Positions 34,020 through 38,303 of a stretch of DNA of 38,303 nucleotides are shown piece by piece; position 1 is the stretch's first letter, and each line of letters begins with the position of its first letter. The stretch comes from Nitrospirota bacterium (GTDB taxonomy: Bacteria; Nitrospirota; Thermodesulfovibrionia; Thermodesulfovibrionales; Dissulfurispiraceae), in assembly GCA_040754455.1 (NCBI GenBank), contig JBFMCP010000033.1, forward strand, positions 1 to 38,303. The letters are read 5' to 3'. Made by a program: the position numbers and the translations under genes. Under the pieces are notes generated by a model that was given only the letters and a program-made list of their open reading frames with translations, ran no database searches and was not told the DNA's origin.

Positions 34020-34883
34020 ATGTCCTTCCGAAGAGTAAGCATTCGCCTTTCTCTCTTACTGTTCCTTTCTTTCTTCTGTATCGTGAGCGCTGCAAATGCT
34101 CAGGCGCCTTTGACGCTCCGGGTGCATCCCTATCTCGCCGCATCGGAGCTGGTGAAACGGTTTGCTCCTCTTGCCGATTATCTGAGCAGGGAGATCGGCA
34201 GGCCCGTTGTCGTCAGCATCTCAAAGAACTATAGAGACCATATTGATCAGATCGGCAGGGATAAAGCGGATATTGCCTACATGGGGCCTGTCCCCTATGT
34301 GAGAATGGTAGAGAAATACGGTAAAAAGCCCCTCCTTGCGCGTCTCGAGATAAACGGTGCACCTACCTTCAGAGGCGTGATCATCACGGCGAAAAACAGT
34401 TCTGTGCGGTCATTGTCGGATTTGAAAGGGAAACGCTTCGCCTTTGGCGACCCCAATTCCACAATGAGCCATATCGTCCCCCGTTTTCTGATGTTGCAAG
34501 CGGGCGTGACCGTGAAGGATCTCGCCGGGCATGCATTTCTGCGCAATCACTCTAATGTGGTCCTTGGCGTACTTATCGGCGATTTCGATGCCGGCGCGGT
34601 GAAGGATGAGGTCTTTTATGAATACGAGCAGCGCGGCTTGAGAGCAGTGACCTGGACCCCGCCGATATCCGAGCACCTCTTTGTAACGAGACGCACGCTC
34701 CCGTCCAAGACCATAAAGGCGTTGCGAAAGACGCTCTACGCGCTCGAGCACGAAAAAGAGGGGAAAGCGATCATGTCAAAGATCGAGAAGAATATGACAG
34801 GTATGGTGCCTGCCCGGGATGAGGATTATGACAATCTGCGTGTTATTCTTAAGGAACTGAAGCGTATCGGCGTCAATCCATGA
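34020..34883 (+). CDS. PhnD-family periplasmic (phosphate/phosphonate-type) binding protein
   Basis: Signal peptide ending ANA; F.PLADYLS..IG, DIAYMGP..YV, DLKGKRFAFGDPNST, H.NV...V..GDFDAGAV, D.DYD.LR. Confidence 0.87.
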   Translation: MSFRRVSIRLSLLLFLSFFCIVSAANAQAPLTLRVHPYLAASELVKRFAPLADYLSREIGRPVVVSISKNYRDHIDQIGRDKADIAYMGPVPYVRMVEKYGKKPLLARLEINGAPTFRGVIITAKNSSVRSLSDLKGKRFAFGDPNSTMSHIVPRFLMLQAGVTVKDLAGHAFLRNHSNVVLGVLIGDFDAGAVKDEVFYEYEQRGLRAVTWTPPISEHLFVTRRTLPSKTIKALRKTLYALEHEKEGKAIMSKIEKNMTGMVPARDEDYDNLRVILKELKRIGVNP

Positions 34884-37021
34884 CCGAACCCACACCATTC
34901 AGACACACGCATAAGCGTGTGATCATTTCGTTTATCCTGGCGTTGCTCGCTTTTTTCGGCATCGTCGTACTGGTAATCATATTCCATGAGCGCGATATGC
35001 TCGAGGAGGCGTATAAAAACGCCCGGGGTGAGCTGGAGCTCATGGGGACATTCGTGCGCGAAGCGATCCTCAGAGGTGATTATGCGACAGTGGAGCAGTT
35101 TCTTATCCAGTGGGGTCAGGAGCATGCAGAGATCATCGACCTCAGGGCCGTGGCACCGAACAATTTTGTGCTCGCTCATTACCGACGTCCCGTACCGGCA
35201 AAGAGGCTTTACCGTTTCGAGCAGAAGGTACAGTACGCCGGCAGGGATCTCGTGACGCTGCAGATGGTGAGAGATCTCTCATCCGTTGAGAGAAGCCTGA
35301 ACAAGTTTATCTTGCAGTTGATAATCGGCTCTATCGTATTGACCGCCCTGCTGGGGGTGACCCTGTGGCATACCCTGAAACGACTTGCCCTGCTCCCCAT
35401 GGAGCGGGAGATTGCCATACGCAGGGAAGCGGAAAAGAAGTTCCGGACGATCCTCGAGTCGGCGCCGGATGCCATGGTGGTTGCCCGCAGGGAGGGAGCG
35501 ATTGCCCTCGTCAATGAGCGGACAGAGCGTTTGTTCGGCTATTCCCGGGAGGAACTGCAGGGGATGGACATGGTAGTGCTGCTGCCCGAACGGTTCCGCG
35601 GTATTCTGAAGGAAGGGCGCGAAGCATGCTTTTTCAGACCAGGATCACAACCTCCGGGCGCATGCATCGAGCTCTACGGACTGACCAAAGACGGCAGGGA
35701 GTTTCCGATTGATATCAGTCTGAGCCCCATCGAGACGGACGAGGGAGTGTTCACCCTGGCTGATATCCGCGATATCACCGAGCGCAAGGAAGCGGAAGAG
35801 AAAATAAAACGGGGGTACTATTTCCAGAGCACGATAAGCTCGATTCTACAGATCTCCTTAGAGCCGATTACCATCGAGGAGCAGCTGGGAAGGATTCTCG
35901 ACGTTATTCTCTCCATCCCCTTCCTCTCCTTGCAGTCAAGGGGCTGTATATTCCTCGTCGAGGACGACCCTCAAATGCTCGTCATGAAGGTCCAGCGAGG
36001 GATTTCCGAAGCAATGAAGGCTGCCTGCACCAATGTGCCGCTCGGCACATGCCTCTGCGGACTGGCTGCGGCTACCCGACGTATCATATTGGCCGACTGC
36101 CGTGACCGGCAGCATGAAGTGCGGTACGAGGGAATGACATTGCACGGGAATTATTGTGTTCCTATCATATCGGGGGAAAAGGTGCTTGGAGCGATAAACC
36201 TGTTCGTTACGGAGGGCTATATCCCCAATGCAGAGGACGAAGAGCTGCTCTTCTCGGTAGCCAATACCCTCGCGGGCATTATTGTGCGCAGAAAGGCCGA
36301 ACAGGAAAAGCAGAGACTCCAGGAACAGCTCATCCAGGCCGAAAAGCTCTCGGCGCTGGGAAGAATCGCCGCAAATGTCGCACACGAAATACGCAACCCC
36401 CTCACTGCCGTCGGCGGATATGCGAGAAGACTCTACAAGAAGATTCCCGAGGGGACTGCGGAAAAAGAGGACGCAGAGATCATCCTCTCGCAGGTAAACA
36501 GACTCGAAAAGATACTCAAGAGCGTTCTCATGTATTCGAGAGAGTCCCGTCCCCGACTGGAGCTGCAGAATGTTGCCGCCTTAATTGATGAATCATTGAG
36601 GGTATACGAGGCGACCTGCAGGGAGCGGTCCGTTGAAATAACGAAATCATTCGGCGGCATGCCGCCGACAATGGTCGATGGGGATCAGCTGAAAGTGGCG
36701 CTCGGCAATCTTGTGTCAAATGCCATCGACGCAATGCCGCATGGCGGCACATTGACTATTGCCGCGGGAAGGGAAATCGTCGATGGCGCACCATATCTCG
36801 CTATAAACGTGCGTGATACCGGTGAGGGTATCCCCGAGGAAAAAATGAAAATGATCTTTGAGCCGTTCTTCACCACGAAGGTCCTGGAGCAGGGCACCGG
36901 ACTAGGGCTCTCCATCTGTAAAAAAATTGTCGAGGACCACGGCGGGTTCATCAAAGTTGAAAGCACGGTCGGTCGAGGCTCCACCTTCAGCCTCTATTTC
37001 CCCATCAGGGATAAGGCATAG
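34880..37021 (+). CDS. Membrane sensor histidine kinase (2 TM, PAS, GAF, HisKA, HATPase)
   Basis: Two hydrophobic segments, PAS (ESAPDAM...DITERK), GAF with CLCG, AHEIRNPL, NAIDA, GTGLGL; ATGA overlap with upstream gene. Confidence 0.92.
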   Translation: MTEPTPFRHTHKRVIISFILALLAFFGIVVLVIIFHERDMLEEAYKNARGELELMGTFVREAILRGDYATVEQFLIQWGQEHAEIIDLRAVAPNNFVLAHYRRPVPAKRLYRFEQKVQYAGRDLVTLQMVRDLSSVERSLNKFILQLIIGSIVLTALLGVTLWHTLKRLALLPMEREIAIRREAEKKFRTILESAPDAMVVARREGAIALVNERTERLFGYSREELQGMDMVVLLPERFRGILKEGREACFFRPGSQPPGACIELYGLTKDGREFPIDISLSPIETDEGVFTLADIRDITERKEAEEKIKRGYYFQSTISSILQISLEPITIEEQLGRILDVILSIPFLSLQSRGCIFLVEDDPQMLVMKVQRGISEAMKAACTNVPLGTCLCGLAAATRRIILADCRDRQHEVRYEGMTLHGNYCVPIISGEKVLGAINLFVTEGYIPNAEDEELLFSVANTLAGIIVRRKAEQEKQRLQEQLIQAEKLSALGRIAANVAHEIRNPLTAVGGYARRLYKKIPEGTAEKEDAEIILSQVNRLEKILKSVLMYSRESRPRLELQNVAALIDESLRVYEATCRERSVEITKSFGGMPPTMVDGDQLKVALGNLVSNAIDAMPHGGTLTIAAGREIVDGAPYLAINVRDTGEGIPEEKMKMIFEPFFTTKVLEQGTGLGLSICKKIVEDHGGFIKVESTVGRGSTFSLYFPIRDKA

Positions 37022-37056
37022 AGGTCAAGGCGACCACGAGAGTGCGGTTCGGTCTT

Positions 37057-37938
37057 TTATCCACGCACTACCAATTGTAGTGCATGACGTGCTATCTCTA
37101 TTTTCGCCGGCGTATTGCCAATGTAATCGCCGTCGATCTGGATGGGCGCATTTCCCTCGATGGTCAATTCTTCTGTTTTGAAATACGTAATATCCTTGAA
37201 AGAGAGATGAAATCCTCCAAGGATTCCCGCCACATATCTCAGAAGCGATAGCCTACCTTTTTTGTGTGTTACGAAAACATAGAATGACGGATCGGTCAGG
37301 CGCGCATCAGGGGCGACTTTGAAGGTGCCGCCATAGCATGCGGCGTTGCTGACGATGGCGGCATACCCCATCAACGAGATGTCCTTGCCGTTAACGGTCA
37401 GAGGAGCCGGGCGGTAGGTGAACAACACGCTGAGGCCGCTCAGGATATACGCGCTTCTGCCAGCGGTTCTTTTGATCTTCTCGTTGATCTTCCCAACAAC
37501 TTCCCCGTCAAATCCGATCCCTGCCATCAAAAGGAAGTAACGCGTGACAACAGGCGTCGTGATCCTGCCGAGGTGGATGCTCTGTATCTGTCCGTTGAGC
37601 ACCATGTCCGTAGCTCGTTCGATATCGCCGGGCATATCCATTTCTTTTGCGAGTACCGATGTGGTGCCCATGGGGAGTATGGCCATGGGAATTGACGAGC
37701 GGACAAGTCCGTTTGCCACTTCATTGTAGGTGCCGTCGCCTCCGGCGGCAACGACAAGGACATCGTTGCGCTTTTCCGACGCGATCCCCCGCGCGAATCG
37801 TTCGGCATCTCCCCTTCGTGTGGTGAGCAGCACCTGGACATTATGTCCCCTGGTTTCACATATACGTGCAGCCTTCTCTATCCTGCGGAGTGCTCCGCCG
37901 CCGGCGATAGGGTTACCAATAATGATTATGTTTTTCAA
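37057..37938 (-). CDS. Diacylglycerol kinase-family lipid kinase (YegS/BmrU-like)
   Basis: NPIAG, GGDGTYNEVANG, P.GT, AGIGFDG, YGG, QIDGD; TTG start. Confidence 0.9.
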   Translation of the reverse strand: MKNIIIIGNPIAGGGALRRIEKAARICETRGHNVQVLLTTRRGDAERFARGIASEKRNDVLVVAAGGDGTYNEVANGLVRSSIPMAILPMGTTSVLAKEMDMPGDIERATDMVLNGQIQSIHLGRITTPVVTRYFLLMAGIGFDGEVVGKINEKIKRTAGRSAYILSGLSVLFTYRPAPLTVNGKDISLMGYAAIVSNAACYGGTFKVAPDARLTDPSFYVFVTHKKGRLSLLRYVAGILGGFHLSFKDITYFKTEELTIEGNAPIQIDGDYIGNTPAKIEIARHALQLVVRG

Positions 37939-38077
37939 TCGATGTCACCAAAATCACATATGGCACTTTTTGCATGGTAGTAGCTGTTTTCTGATTAATA
38001 TTACAAGTTGAATAGTAATCGTTCGCATAATCTACTAAAAGTTAACAGGCTGCGTCAATCAGCGCATATTTGTTGTA

Positions 38078-38105
38078 TTGACCACATAAGCACTTCTGGT
38101 ATTAT
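38078..38105 (+). promoter_or_regulatory. Promoter candidate for the mrr-like gene
   Basis: TTGACC-N16-TATTAT with TG extension. Confidence 0.4.
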
Positions 38106-38152
38106 CGAGAAACTATCTAAATATATGGGTAGATGCAAAAGAAGATAAATAG

Positions 38153-38303
38153 ATGGCCGTTCCAGATTATCAGCGCGTGATGTTGCCGCTTCTCAAGTTT
38201 GCGGCACGGAAAGGAACTGAAATATCAACCAGCGAGGCTGTTGAAGCTCTGGCAACGGAATTGGGCCTTACAGAGGACGATCTAGAGGAGATGCTGCCGA
38301 GCG
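38153..38303 (+). CDS. mrr: Mrr-family restriction endonuclease, N-terminal domain (partial, runs off window)
   Basis: Own translation MAVPDYQRVMLPLLKFAARKGTEISTSEAVEALATELGLTEDDLEEMLPS matches the Mrr_N pattern (PDYQ..MLPLL...LA....L...D..E.LPS); not in the supplied ORF track. Confidence 0.8.
   Translation, partial: MAVPDYQRVMLPLLKFAARKGTEISTSEAVEALATELGLTEDDLEEMLPS

Noticed and set aside
37961..37975. Sigma54 promoter TGGCAC...TTGC (similar cases at 4931 and ~7557)
   Set aside because: GG to GC spacing is 8 or 11 nt, not the required 10.

Overview
A gene-dense bacterial chromosomal segment from an anaerobe. Gene content and protein style suggest Nitrospirota (Thermodesulfovibrionia-like) or a related deltaproteobacterial-type lineage, which is inference only. 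Left to right: a tandem-domain hypothetical downstream of CIRCE-controlled htpG; an exported TPR protein; a PP2C phosphatase; a DUF523/DUF1722 protein; an MBL hydrolase and a methyltransferase; a c-di-GMP neighbourhood (REC-PilZ, small SEC-C protein, PAS-GGDEF-EAL, GAF-PAS-GGDEF) bracketing a complete hypABFCDE [NiFe]-hydrogenase maturation operon; a LOG-family gene; RNase E/G; a hybrid kinase; an HPF-cold-shock fusion; an AttH/ABC operon; a Crp/Fnr regulator; a four-subunit pyruvate:ferredoxin oxidoreductase operon; a PhnD-like binding protein coupled to a sensor kinase; a lipid kinase; and the start of an Mrr-type gene. No rRNA, tRNA, CRISPR array or transposase was seen. The main unexplained signal is a dispersed family of degenerate 7-bp-period arrays. 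Two are ~120-145 bp palindromic elements inside operons, one is a single arm between convergent genes, and three are translated in-frame within HypF.
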